The translations under genes were made by a program, and so were the position numbers. 64,000 nt of DNA from Pelagomonas calceolata (lineage: Eukaryota), in assembly GCA_918797485.1 (NCBI GenBank), contig CAKKNE010000005.1, positions 3,286,001-3,350,000 of the forward strand. Reading direction: 5' to 3'. The notes beneath the pieces are model-generated. The model worked only from the letters and a program-made list of their open reading frames with translations. It was not told the DNA's origin and ran no database searches. Positions within the stretch are counted from its first letter, which is position 1; each line of letters starts with the position of its first letter. This document shows positions 10,151 to 19,284 of the stretch, one piece after another.

Positions 10151-11068
10151 ATGTCCGACCCGCGCCTCCAGCGCCTCACGAGCGCGGAGAACACGGCCAT
10201 CGGCCTCGCCACGGGCGCCATCGACGTGTCGACGACGCAGTGGGTCTTATATTGCAAGAACGCGAGCCAGCAGGGCCTGCCGCTCACGATGAACCCTAGA
10301 ATACTCTACCGGGGCTACACCATGTCGCTGACGAACATGTGCGTGCTGAGTGGATTGCAGTTCCCTTTGACGGCCATCGCGACGGGCATTTTTACCGGAG
10401 GGAAACAAAGAAAGCTGAGCGACTCCGAGGAAATTGGAAGTGCGTTCATCGGCGGCGTGTTGTCGGGCTTCATCTGCGCGCCCATGGAGCTCGTGATGAT
10501 CCAGCAGCAGCGCTACGGGACGTCGTTGTTCTCGACGCCGGGCAAGATTATCGGCGACGCCGGCATCGGCGCCCTCTTCGGGCGCGGTTTGATGATGAGC
10601 TGTGGGCGCGAGGGCGTCTTCACGGCCGGCATGCTCGGTCTGGGACCGACGCTTCGGCGGCAGGCCGAGGAGGCGGGCTACAGTAAACCGCAGGCCGCCA
10701 TGGCCGGCGCTTTGGGCGGCGGCGTCATCGTCGCGTCCCTCTCGCACCCGATGGATACGATCAAGACGTGTCAACAGGGCGACGTGACCCAAAAGACGTA
10801 CCGCGGCGTCGTGCACGCCGGTGTGGAAATCAAATTTCGGGCGCCCCACGCCATCGATGCGACGTGCTTCCGTAGCTGTAACCCGACTCACTGGTTGATT
10901 TGCACACAGGTGCACGCGGCGCAGACGCTCCTAAAGGAGTCCGGCCCGAAAGCATTCTTCCGCGGCTGGGCATGGAGAACTGGCAGAATGGTCTTCCAGT
11001 GCTTCCTCTTCGACGCCTGCAAGAACCATCTCTCGCCCGTATTCTTCCCGCACCACTTCCGCGATTAG
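10151..11068 (+). CDS. Mitochondrial carrier (SLC25), exons 10151..10810 and 10910..11068
   Basis: PMELVMIQQQ and HPMDTIKTCQQ carrier signatures; removing the 99-nt introner gives YRGV|VHAAQTLLKESGPKAFFRG. Confidence 0.88.
   Translation: MSDPRLQRLTSAENTAIGLATGAIDVSTTQWVLYCKNASQQGLPLTMNPRILYRGYTMSLTNMCVLSGLQFPLTAIATGIFTGGKQRKLSDSEEIGSAFIGGVLSGFICAPMELVMIQQQRYGTSLFSTPGKIIGDAGIGALFGRGLMMSCGREGVFTAGMLGLGPTLRRQAEEAGYSKPQAAMAGALGGGVIVASLSHPMDTIKTCQQGDVTQKTYRGVVHAGVEIKFRAPHAIDATCFRSCNPTHWLICTQVHAAQTLLKESGPKAFFRGWAWRTGRMVFQCFLFDACKNHLSPVFFPHHFRD
10811..10917 (+). mobile_element. Introner element 2; GT-AG intron 10811..10909
   Basis: Perfect TSD GTGCACGC at 10811-10818 and 10910-10917; TIRs CGGTGTGGAAATCAA and TTGATTTGCACACAG. 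Confidence 0.92.
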
Positions 11069-11137
11069 AGTGCGAAACTGGTGGTGGCTAGTACTATCTA
11101 ACAACATCGTGTGCATATAGTAGTCTCAACAACACAA

Positions 11138-12760
11138 TTAGACGCGTCGATGCACGAAGCCCGTCGCGACGCCCCACGACGCCGGCGCGTCGAAGCGCTC
11201 GACCAGCTCGAGCTCCGGCGCGTCGAGGCGCGTGGTAAGCGTGACGACGACGGCGCCGCGCTTGAGGGCGGCGCACTTGCGCTCCACGTCTGCTATAAGC
11301 TCCGGCGAGAATGCTGTTGAATTGATAAAAAGGATATCACACGTCCAGCACTCGTCGTCATCCAGAAAATCCTGGCACCGGTGGCTGAGATTAGGCGCAT
11401 CGCATCGCGATGCGACGGCGTGGAGCTCGGGCGCGATCTCGACGCCCGCGACTCGCGCCTCGGGCATGAGTAACGCCGCCGCGAGCGTGAACCGCCCGAC
11501 GCCCGAGCCGAGGTCCGCGATCCTCGCCGTGCTCGGGGCGCGCGCCGCCCGCAGGATCAGCGCCGACGTCCAGAAGCCGACCTCGCCGTAGCGCCGGTCC
11601 CGTGCGTTGCTCTCTACCAAAGCGGCGGCGTGGTGGGCGCTCGGGCAGCCGGCGTCGACGAACGCTTTGGCCCAGCGGGCTCGCGCGGCGTCGTCATTCG
11701 CAGATGCGCCGTACTGCGCGCGAGCAAGCGCGTCTTCTGCGAGAGCGCCGAAGCCTGCGGTCGCCGCCGCCGTCGCCGGGGTCGAGCCGTCGTCCGCCGT
11801 CGCCGACGCGTCCGCCCCCTTACTAAGCAGTTTCTCGCAGGCCGCGCGCGCGCCGGCCGCCGCCGCGTGGTGCAGCGGCCGCCGGCCCGCGGCGTCTGCG
11901 GCGTCGATCGCCGCGCCGGCGTCCAGCAACGCATTTAAAGCCTCGGCGTCGTCGCGCCAGGCGGCCTTGTGGAGCGGCGTCAACCGCTGCGCCGTCGTTT
12001 TTACATAAACGTCGGCGCCCGCCTCGATGAGCTTCAGCGCGCAGCACCCGCGCGCGTCGTGCAGCGCCGAGCAGCCGTGTACATCAACAGCGTCGACGTC
12101 GCGATCGATGGTCAGAAGGAACGCCAGCGTTTCAGTATGGCCGCCGCGCGCCGCCCGATGCAAATTCGACGCCCCGTTCGTCGTCTTCTTCCGGAGGTCG
12201 CCGCCCCAGCCTTGTAACAACTTGAGGACCTCCGTTCTACCATTCGCCGCCGCAACGCTGGCCGGCGTCATTTTTGATTCGGCCTCCGCATTCAGATCTA
12301 TCATAGCTTCCCACAGCCGTTCTAATGTAGTCGTATGCCCATTCGCCGCGGCGCAGTGTGCCGCCGTGAATCCGCGCTCGTCCGCGTTCTCCATCTCCGC
12401 GCCGCAAATGTATAATTCCGAGACGCAGTCGGCGTGGCCGTGGGACGCGGCCAAATGTAAGGGCGTCCGGCCCTTGTCGTCCTCCGCGACAACCGCAGTA
12501 GGCGTCTCCATCAACAACCGCGCGCATTTGGTGAGCCCTTTGGCGCAGGCGGCCATGAGCGCCGTCTGGCCGTTGACGCGCTCCTCCAAGAGATACTTGA
12601 CGCGGTCACTGTACTTCCGCAGGAGTCTTTTGAGCTCTTTATCATCACCTTTACACGCCGCGTCGAAGATTTTCCGGCCTTCGGGCGTCTCGGGGTAGTC
12701 CTTTGCGGCCTCGTTTTGTTGCTTGTGCTGCGCGGCGAACCACTCGAGGTGCTCGGCCAT
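11138..12760 (-). CDS. Ankyrin-repeat protein with C-terminal DOT1-like class I SAM methyltransferase
   Basis: Multiple G.TPLH.AA ankyrin repeats; YGEV...IADLGSGVGR...GVEIAPELH...DILFINSTAF. Confidence 0.82.
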   Translation of the reverse strand: MAEHLEWFAAQHKQQNEAAKDYPETPEGRKIFDAACKGDDKELKRLLRKYSDRVKYLLEERVNGQTALMAACAKGLTKCARLLMETPTAVVAEDDKGRTPLHLAASHGHADCVSELYICGAEMENADERGFTAAHCAAANGHTTTLERLWEAMIDLNAEAESKMTPASVAAANGRTEVLKLLQGWGGDLRKKTTNGASNLHRAARGGHTETLAFLLTIDRDVDAVDVHGCSALHDARGCCALKLIEAGADVYVKTTAQRLTPLHKAAWRDDAEALNALLDAGAAIDAADAAGRRPLHHAAAAGARAACEKLLSKGADASATADDGSTPATAAATAGFGALAEDALARAQYGASANDDAARARWAKAFVDAGCPSAHHAAALVESNARDRRYGEVGFWTSALILRAARAPSTARIADLGSGVGRFTLAAALLMPEARVAGVEIAPELHAVASRCDAPNLSHRCQDFLDDDECWTCDILFINSTAFSPELIADVERKCAALKRGAVVVTLTTRLDAPELELVERFDAPASWGVATGFVHRRV

Positions 12761-13170
12761 CGTTATGCGGCAGCGCGTCTCTGTGCCAGTGTTTTTTCAG
12801 TGAGGGGCTGCTGAGCGGTATGGAGGGCTGACGCGTGCTGGTCTTTTACTATCGATCGCAGCGGTGGTCCTGGCGTGCGTACGGTAGCTCTGCTTGCCCA
12901 GGCGTTCACTAAAACACCCCCAAAAGCCAAAGCGAAAGACGATCAGGGCTAGCGTGCTGTGAGACACTAGCAAGAGCAGCCAACCTTTGCGAGCTTTGCG
13001 AGCCTTTACACATTGATCTCGCACAAGCAGAGGGTCTGCAGCTTTCAGCTACTGTTTGCCCTTTGCCCTGCGACAGCAGCCTCCGGCTCAGGAGCTCTAA
13101 AAACAACACTTTTGGAGTCACTGCCAAAACACCACGGTCAGAGCGCGCGCACGCCACGCCGCAGACAATA

Positions 13171-14145
13171 ATGGCCCAGTTCGGCTGGGACAAGATCGAC
13201 GAGTACCACGACGGCTACGGCTTCGTCCCGAAGGAGAAGGCCCAGTGGTTCCGCGGGCCCGAGTGGCCCGACTGCCCGTCGACGTACGAGGTCGAGCGCC
13301 ACGAGGCGAAGTGTGACAAATGCAAGAAGGAGCTTTATTTGGACGCGGCCGCGGCCGTCTACAAGTGTCCTGCTTGTGAGACGAAGGACGCGGAAGATGG
13401 TGTGTACGGGAGGACCGACTTAGGACAAGGTGCGATCGTGGACTGGCACCGCGCGCCCTTTCTCAAGTCGGACCCGTCGTTGCTTTTCAGCGATTTGAAC
13501 ATCGACGTGCCGTGGAAGAATCTCGTGGACATAGTGAATTTCCCAACCGGCCCAAGGAAACTAGGCCAGCCGCGACTCGTGTGCTACATGGCCCAGCCGA
13601 GCGCCATGGACGTCAACTACTCCTATCCCGGCCTGGAAGCACCGATCAAGCCCGAGCCCATGTGCGCGTCCGTCAACGGGATTAGACGAAGGACCGAGGA
13701 GCGGCTCTTCGGGTCGCTGGATCTCAACTACTTCGATTCGGCGCATATCAACCAGTACCGGGACGGCGACGACCACGTGAGCTGGCATTCTGATGAAGAT
13801 GTGGAGTTGTACGGTGAAGAACCGATCATAGCGTCCGTTTCGTTACACGCGGACGGCTGGCGCAAGGGCACGCGGGACTTTATGTTACGGCAAGGATCGC
13901 GGCAGATCCGCTACAAGCTGGGCTCCGGCGACCTCTTCGTGACTTCTGGTACATTACAAAAGCACTGGGAGCACTGCCTCCTCAAAAGTCCGACGACGTG
14001 GAAGACCAAGAACGAGGACCCGCGCATCAACGTCACGTTCCGGCGCGTCTCGCGGGAGACGGCGCCGATCCCGCTGCGCGACTGGCCTTCGTTACGGCCG
14101 GCCGTCTTTGGTGAACCTGTTGCCGAGGACATGGAGATGGACTAA
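13171..14145 (+). CDS. AlkB-family 2OG-Fe(II) dioxygenase (ALKBH2/3-like) with N-terminal CxxC..CxxC
   Basis: QPRLVCY, NQYRDGDDHVSWHSDED (HxD), IASVSL, WEH, RINVTFR. Confidence 0.88.
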   Translation: MAQFGWDKIDEYHDGYGFVPKEKAQWFRGPEWPDCPSTYEVERHEAKCDKCKKELYLDAAAAVYKCPACETKDAEDGVYGRTDLGQGAIVDWHRAPFLKSDPSLLFSDLNIDVPWKNLVDIVNFPTGPRKLGQPRLVCYMAQPSAMDVNYSYPGLEAPIKPEPMCASVNGIRRRTEERLFGSLDLNYFDSAHINQYRDGDDHVSWHSDEDVELYGEEPIIASVSLHADGWRKGTRDFMLRQGSRQIRYKLGSGDLFVTSGTLQKHWEHCLLKSPTTWKTKNEDPRINVTFRRVSRETAPIPLRDWPSLRPAVFGEPVAEDMEMD

Positions 14146-14155
14146 TGTTTTACTG

Positions 14156-14602
14156 TTAGAAGCAGTTCGTGTTTTGGGGCGTCGGCGAGAGCGGCGTCAC
14201 GGGCTCCTGCTTCAGGAACGACCCGCCCCGGCGCTTGGTCAGCGCGTCGTCCTCGTCCTCGGCCCCGAAGAGGGACTCGTAGAACTCCGCCGTCGACGCG
14301 TCCCGCGTGAGGCGCCGTTCGTCGAACAGCGTCTCCTGCCTGTCCTCGCCAATCACCTGGTCGAGTGCGTAGTTGACCAAGGGAAACATCATCGAATCCT
14401 CAGCGCCGACCAACTCGTCGACGAGCGGCGTGAGCCAGTCGTAGGTGCGCACGAAAGCGCGCTGCACCGACGGCGAGCCACTCTTGAAGGTCGCGTGCGC
14501 CTTCTGCAGGTCCTCGCGCGACCGGCAGACCTGCGAACTGTCCAGGGTAGAAACGAAGGCCGACTTCGACACGCTCTCGAAGTCGAGCCACTCCTCCTTA
14601 AG
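14156..14602 (-). pseudogene. 5'-truncated 3' fragment of an unknown gene (LKEEWLDFES...NTNCF*)
   Basis: Protein-like frame with a normal stop; upstream of 14602 the frame is only the antisense of another gene fragment and has no ATG start. Confidence 0.5.
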
Positions 14603-14803
14603 ATGCAGTGGATTTACGCGGCGGCGCTCTACAACGCCAACGGTGCCGCGCTCGACGATTTCCGGGAGGCCGTGACCATACTTGACGATATCGAATCGAC
14701 CGCGCGGCGCGTGCTCGGCGGCGCGCACCCGCTCACAAAAGGGATTGAGAAGGAATTGCAAGACGCGCGAGCCGCGCTCCGCGCCCGCGAGGCGAGTGCG
14801 TAA
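14597..14803 (+). pseudogene. C-terminal fragment of a TPR/kinesin-light-chain-like repeat protein
   Basis: LKMQWIYAAALY...LDDFREAVTILDDIESTARRVLGGAHPLT resembles the 'RRVLG.EHP.T' TPR C-terminus; no N-terminal part is present. Confidence 0.6.
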
Positions 14804-14838
14804 AAATTAGTCAAACCCACCTTACGCCCGACGACGCT

Positions 14839-16938
14839 CTAGTTCACGACCTCCTCCTTCGTGCGCACGACGCTCTCGATCGTCCGCGTCGAGATGACAT
14901 ATAAATCATCGGCGTCCGCGTCGACGCCGTTGCGCATGCGCATGCGCGCCGCACTACCCGCAGCATAGTTCGCCGACCGCAGTTTAATAAGATCGCGAAT
15001 AGCCTTGCGCGTCGCCCGCTTCTCCGTCGTCGCCTCCCGAATCCGAGCTAAATCTTTTTGTTTGTCCTCGTGGGCGAACTTGCGCTCGTACTTCCGCAGG
15101 TTCTTGACGACGGCTTTTCTTTGAGCCGCATCGAGCAACGACGAAGGTCGCGGCCGCCACGCGAACTGGTAGAAATTTTCGTACGACGTCTCGTGGTACT
15201 GCTTGCCTTGGAACGTCCACAACTTAAACCCATTGTCCATCTGGTACTTGAAGAAGGCGCCCTCCAGCGGCTGCATTACTGCTGTTGCTACTATGCGGCC
15301 AGACGGGTCCCACTCGATCGAATTGCACCGATAATGTTCGACGATGCGGCCAGCCTTGGAATCGACGTCGTAGAACTCCAAGATACCATTAAATGCGTCG
15401 CCCGTACCGGCCAGGATGCAGTGCTGCCCTTGGGGAGACCAATGCAACGAGTTGCACTGCTTCTGCTCGAGCGTATGTAGCAAGGTAAGTTCGGCATCGC
15501 CCGCCTTGTTGAGCATGGAGTAGAAACTGACAGACGGTTTAATCCCGTCGCCATGGACCACCCCAAAGCGATGGCCGTTCGGCTCCCACGCAAAAGCATG
15601 AGCGGCATCTTTCATCTTCAGCGACTCGATGGGTACGAGGGCCTCGTCCACCCTAAGTAGCTCAAAGGAGTGGAACAACGTCTTTCGGGACTTGGTATGG
15701 GTGATGACCTTGATACACAAGTACTTGCCTTGCGGGTGCCAGAAGAGCTTGATGTCCGTGACAGACGTGATGTTCTTTTGCCGCAATTCTTTTCGCGACG
15801 GCATTTCTACAAGAGTGACGCGAGCCGGCGTGTTGTCCGCTTCCGGAGACCAGAACGCCAGTTTGTTCGCCGACGGCGACCAGTGGAACTCGCGGACGCC
15901 GTCGGCTCGTAGAGATCTTTTACCGAGCAGCGCCATCGACGGCAACTCATAGATGGACACGATATCGCTCCCGTTCTTGTCCTTGCCTCGTCTAGCGACG
16001 TAGGAATCGTCATGACTCCACTTGAAGTGCGCCGGCTCGTACCTGACCGGCCCCGGGTCCTCGCCCGCGGGGAGGATCGGGGGCGGGACTGGTAGAGAAG
16101 CCACTTCAAAAGTCCGCAACTCCCGTCGCGTCCGCAAGTCCCACACAACAACCCCGCGCTTGTCCCCGGAGTGATCATTGGCCGTGATCATGTAGTTCTC
16201 CCCAGGACTAAAGTCGAGTCGCTTCACCCCATTGTGCGCAAACCGACCCTGCTTGTTGAAGTCCGAGTCGCCCCACAAGGCAATACCCTTGTTGTGGAAC
16301 GTCGCCAACATACTACCTTGGGGCGACCACTTGACGTACTGCTCGCACCAGTAGAGACCGCCCTCCTTTTCTCTCTCGCCGCCGTACTCGAGCGTCGGCG
16401 GCCCGCTGCGCTCGCACCACTTGATCTCCGTTTCATTGTTGTAGCGGATGGCGAACTGGTCCCGGTGCATGGGGTCTCCCAACCAGCTCGATGGATTGAG
16501 TCGTGGCACAAATTCCGGCTTGGCCGGGGGCTCGTACCGCTCTTGTAAGGAGCCTAGCCTCTTCGCCTCCTCGAAGGAGTTGACCTTGAAAACATGCGAT
16601 TTATCTAACGCGTAGCCGTCGGTCAATCGAATTGCTTTCTGGGCCTCTTCGGCCGTCTCGAATTCGACGAACGCGACGCCGAGCGTCGTCTCGTTCTCGG
16701 CCGGCATTTCGATCGTGTTGATCGTGCCCGTCTGCGCGAAGATGCGCTTCAAGACGCCCAATAATTTGTCGTACTTGGCGAGCGGGATCTTCGGGAGGTT
16801 GTCGACCACAATCACATTGCCCCAGTCCTCCGTAAACTCGGGGAAGGAGAAGTCCTCGCCCTCGTCTTCACTCAAGTATTCTCGCGTGTCCTCGTCTAAA
16901 GCGGCGGCGGCCGCCTGGTACGTCTCGCCGCGGGCCAT
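14839..16938 (-). CDS. EIF3B: Eukaryotic translation initiation factor 3 subunit B
   Basis: N-terminal RRM (VIVVDNLP, LDKSHVFKVN), WD40 region (WSPQGS, WEPNGHRF, WDPSGR), C-terminal FAWRPRP. Confidence 0.95.
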   Translation of the reverse strand: MARGETYQAAAAALDEDTREYLSEDEGEDFSFPEFTEDWGNVIVVDNLPKIPLAKYDKLLGVLKRIFAQTGTINTIEMPAENETTLGVAFVEFETAEEAQKAIRLTDGYALDKSHVFKVNSFEEAKRLGSLQERYEPPAKPEFVPRLNPSSWLGDPMHRDQFAIRYNNETEIKWCERSGPPTLEYGGEREKEGGLYWCEQYVKWSPQGSMLATFHNKGIALWGDSDFNKQGRFAHNGVKRLDFSPGENYMITANDHSGDKRGVVVWDLRTRRELRTFEVASLPVPPPILPAGEDPGPVRYEPAHFKWSHDDSYVARRGKDKNGSDIVSIYELPSMALLGKRSLRADGVREFHWSPSANKLAFWSPEADNTPARVTLVEMPSRKELRQKNITSVTDIKLFWHPQGKYLCIKVITHTKSRKTLFHSFELLRVDEALVPIESLKMKDAAHAFAWEPNGHRFGVVHGDGIKPSVSFYSMLNKAGDAELTLLHTLEQKQCNSLHWSPQGQHCILAGTGDAFNGILEFYDVDSKAGRIVEHYRCNSIEWDPSGRIVATAVMQPLEGAFFKYQMDNGFKLWTFQGKQYHETSYENFYQFAWRPRPSSLLDAAQRKAVVKNLRKYERKFAHEDKQKDLARIREATTEKRATRKAIRDLIKLRSANYAAGSAARMRMRNGVDADADDLYVISTRTIESVVRTKEEVVN

Positions 16939-17277
16939 GTCGCTGGTCTCTGCTTTTGCTGTATCGCTGGCGGCTCCTCTTGCGCGGTTGGCCGCTTGAG
17001 GGCTGCGCTGGTTTATGAATGTGCGCCGGCACGGTTCCGTGCGATCACGGATGCACCAGCAGCCTCGTAATTTGGCCTCGCCTAAAGCTGGCTTGCTAAG
17101 TGCTCTAGTGCCTTACACGGCACGCTAGGTGGAAAAAATATAAAGTGGGACACATCTCTCTGCCGCATTTGCGGCGTTTTGCAGAGTTTTTGCACCAGGC
17201 ATTGCTGAGGCATTGAGACTTGATCGTGCAGTGCAGTGCATCATCGCTGCATAGCTGTCCTAGCCTTACGAGACGCC

Positions 17278-18090
17278 ATGACCTCCACAGAGGCAAGAGG
17301 CGCCTCGGCCACGCGCGAGTTTGCATTAGCCTTGGCCAGCGGTGGCTTGTACGGTGCAACCAATACCGTAGTGGGCCACCCCTTCGACACCGTCAAGACG
17401 AAGATGCAGACGCAAAGCGGCTTCACCAGCAGCGGCGCCTTGGCCTCCGCGCGGCAGATCCTCTCGAGCGAGGGCGCCGTCGGTTTCTATAGAGGGTGCC
17501 TGCCGCCGATGTGGGGCAGCGCGGTCTACCGCTCAGCTCAATTTGCCGTCTACGACTTATTATATGCAGAGGCCGAGCGTCACCCCGCGTCGCTGGAGCA
17601 CGTGCCCGGAACTGATATGCAGTGGCGCGTGCTGGGGGCAGGAGCCGTCGGCGCGACGGCGCGGACCGTGCTCGAGAGTCCGATCGAGTACGCCAAAGTC
17701 AAAGGTCAGACTAATCAAAAGTGGCGATTTAACGAGGTCTACCGCGGCGCCGGGCTGCAGTGGGCTAGAACCGGTCCCATGATGACGCTGTATTTCTGCC
17801 TTTTTGACGCGTGCAAGCGCAACGGCTACGCGTCGACGCCCACCGGCCAATTTTTCTCGTCTGGCGGCTGCGCGTTGATCGGATTTTGGGTGGTCTGGCC
17901 GTTCGAGAACCTCAAGAACCAGGCGCAGGCGGGCAAGAACTGGCTCGCGCACGCGCGCACCACTGGATTGCTCGGACTCTACCGAGGCATCGTGCCGGGC
18001 TCCATGTCCGTATTTCTCCGGAACGGCGCCGCGATGATTGTCATGCAACGCGCGAACCGACTCATCACGGAGCTCGGGCTCCGGGACTAA
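17278..18090 (+). CDS. Mitochondrial carrier (SLC25, carnitine/ornithine-carrier-like)
   Basis: VGHPFDTVKTKMQ, SPIEYAKV and WPFENLKNQ repeats. Confidence 0.88.
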   Translation: MTSTEARGASATREFALALASGGLYGATNTVVGHPFDTVKTKMQTQSGFTSSGALASARQILSSEGAVGFYRGCLPPMWGSAVYRSAQFAVYDLLYAEAERHPASLEHVPGTDMQWRVLGAGAVGATARTVLESPIEYAKVKGQTNQKWRFNEVYRGAGLQWARTGPMMTLYFCLFDACKRNGYASTPTGQFFSSGGCALIGFWVVWPFENLKNQAQAGKNWLAHARTTGLLGLYRGIVPGSMSVFLRNGAAMIVMQRANRLITELGLRD

Positions 18091-18218
18091 TGTTGTATTG
18101 TTGTACTACTACAGTTAGGCCCGCGCGTCGATGGCGCAAAGGCGGTGTGAGAGTCACTGAGACCCCACCAGCACGCCATCGCCGCGATCAGCGCGGGTCG
18201 GTGCCGTGAAGCGTTGTA

Positions 18219-18890
18219 TTAGTCGGTCTTCGAATTGTGCTGGTCCAGCGGCCAATAGCTACGCTTCGCAGAAGGTGGCCGCGGCTTCTTCTCGGATTGA
18301 AAATGCGAGTACCAACGCCTTGGCTTGACCTCGACGGGCTGCGCGCGGGGCCGCCACAGGCCCGTCGCGGGCACCGCGATGCCGAGGTCCTTGACCCAAG
18401 TCGGCGACCGGTCAAGGAAGCAGAGCGCGGCCGTACTCAGCATGAACGGCGGCGCGACGGCGTGCGCGCAGGCCGCGAACGTCCCGAGCGGCGAGAGGAG
18501 CGACGACCGGAGCCGTGCGACGGCGTAAAGGTGGCACGCGCCGCCCGCAAAAGCGTAGCCGAGCCCGAGCGCCGTCATCACCAGTCCACCGAGCGGTGGG
18601 CGCTCCTCGATCTCCCGCCGGAAGTGGATCATCGTGAGGCCCACCGACGTCGCGAGCAACGAGTTGCGCATATAGTTCCTGCGTGGATGCGCGTGAGTGA
18701 TCCCCCCCACGCCGTCGAACAGACGAAGGCCCGACGGGACGCTGCCAACGCACAGGTGCAACGTGTCCGCGTTGGCCCAAGCAGCCCAGCAGCGCTCGCG
18801 CTCGCGCATCGCCGCGTCGTCGACGGTCTTCATCGACCGCGTCGGGACGCGCGACACGCCGCGCAGGGCGAGACGCTGTAACACCATCAT
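18219..18890 (-). CDS. Hypothetical membrane protein with a mitochondrial-like presequence
   Basis: 223-aa ATG ORF, Arg-rich N-terminus, about three hydrophobic segments, weak DUF202-like segment. Confidence 0.5.
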   Translation of the reverse strand: MMVLQRLALRGVSRVPTRSMKTVDDAAMRERERCWAAWANADTLHLCVGSVPSGLRLFDGVGGITHAHPRRNYMRNSLLATSVGLTMIHFRREIEERPPLGGLVMTALGLGYAFAGGACHLYAVARLRSSLLSPLGTFAACAHAVAPPFMLSTAALCFLDRSPTWVKDLGIAVPATGLWRPRAQPVEVKPRRWYSHFQSEKKPRPPSAKRSYWPLDQHNSKTD

Positions 18891-19284
18891 CTTGCGGCGC
18901 TGTGAATGCTTCCGGCCGCTGCGGCTTCAGCACCGCTACAAGCTCGTGTGCAGTGCCACACCGCTGTTGTGACACTCGCGCGCGAGCGGCGACGGCGTCA
19001 ATTGGTAGAGCGCGTTTTAATCGACTGATGCGTTCGTTGAACGCGTCTGTAGCCAATCCTAGGCGTTCACGACGCAGTTGAGGCCTGTGGCGCTGCGAGA
19101 GCTTGCGCCTCGGCTTGGAGAGCGAGGCTGAAACCGAAGGCGCGCTGGCGCGCACGAGACGCAGCGCTACTCAAACATTTCGCAGCACTACTCGAAGAGA
19201 TCAGTAGAGGCAATGAAACGCATAGCTGTGACGGCCGACGCGTAAAACAGCAGCAGCAGGCAGCACGAGTGAAGCACAGCACTG

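Noticed and set aside
14108..14803. 231-aa plus-strand ORF and 201-aa minus-strand ORF as intact genes
   Set aside because: Both start at non-ATG codons, and each 5' half is merely the antisense of the other fragment.
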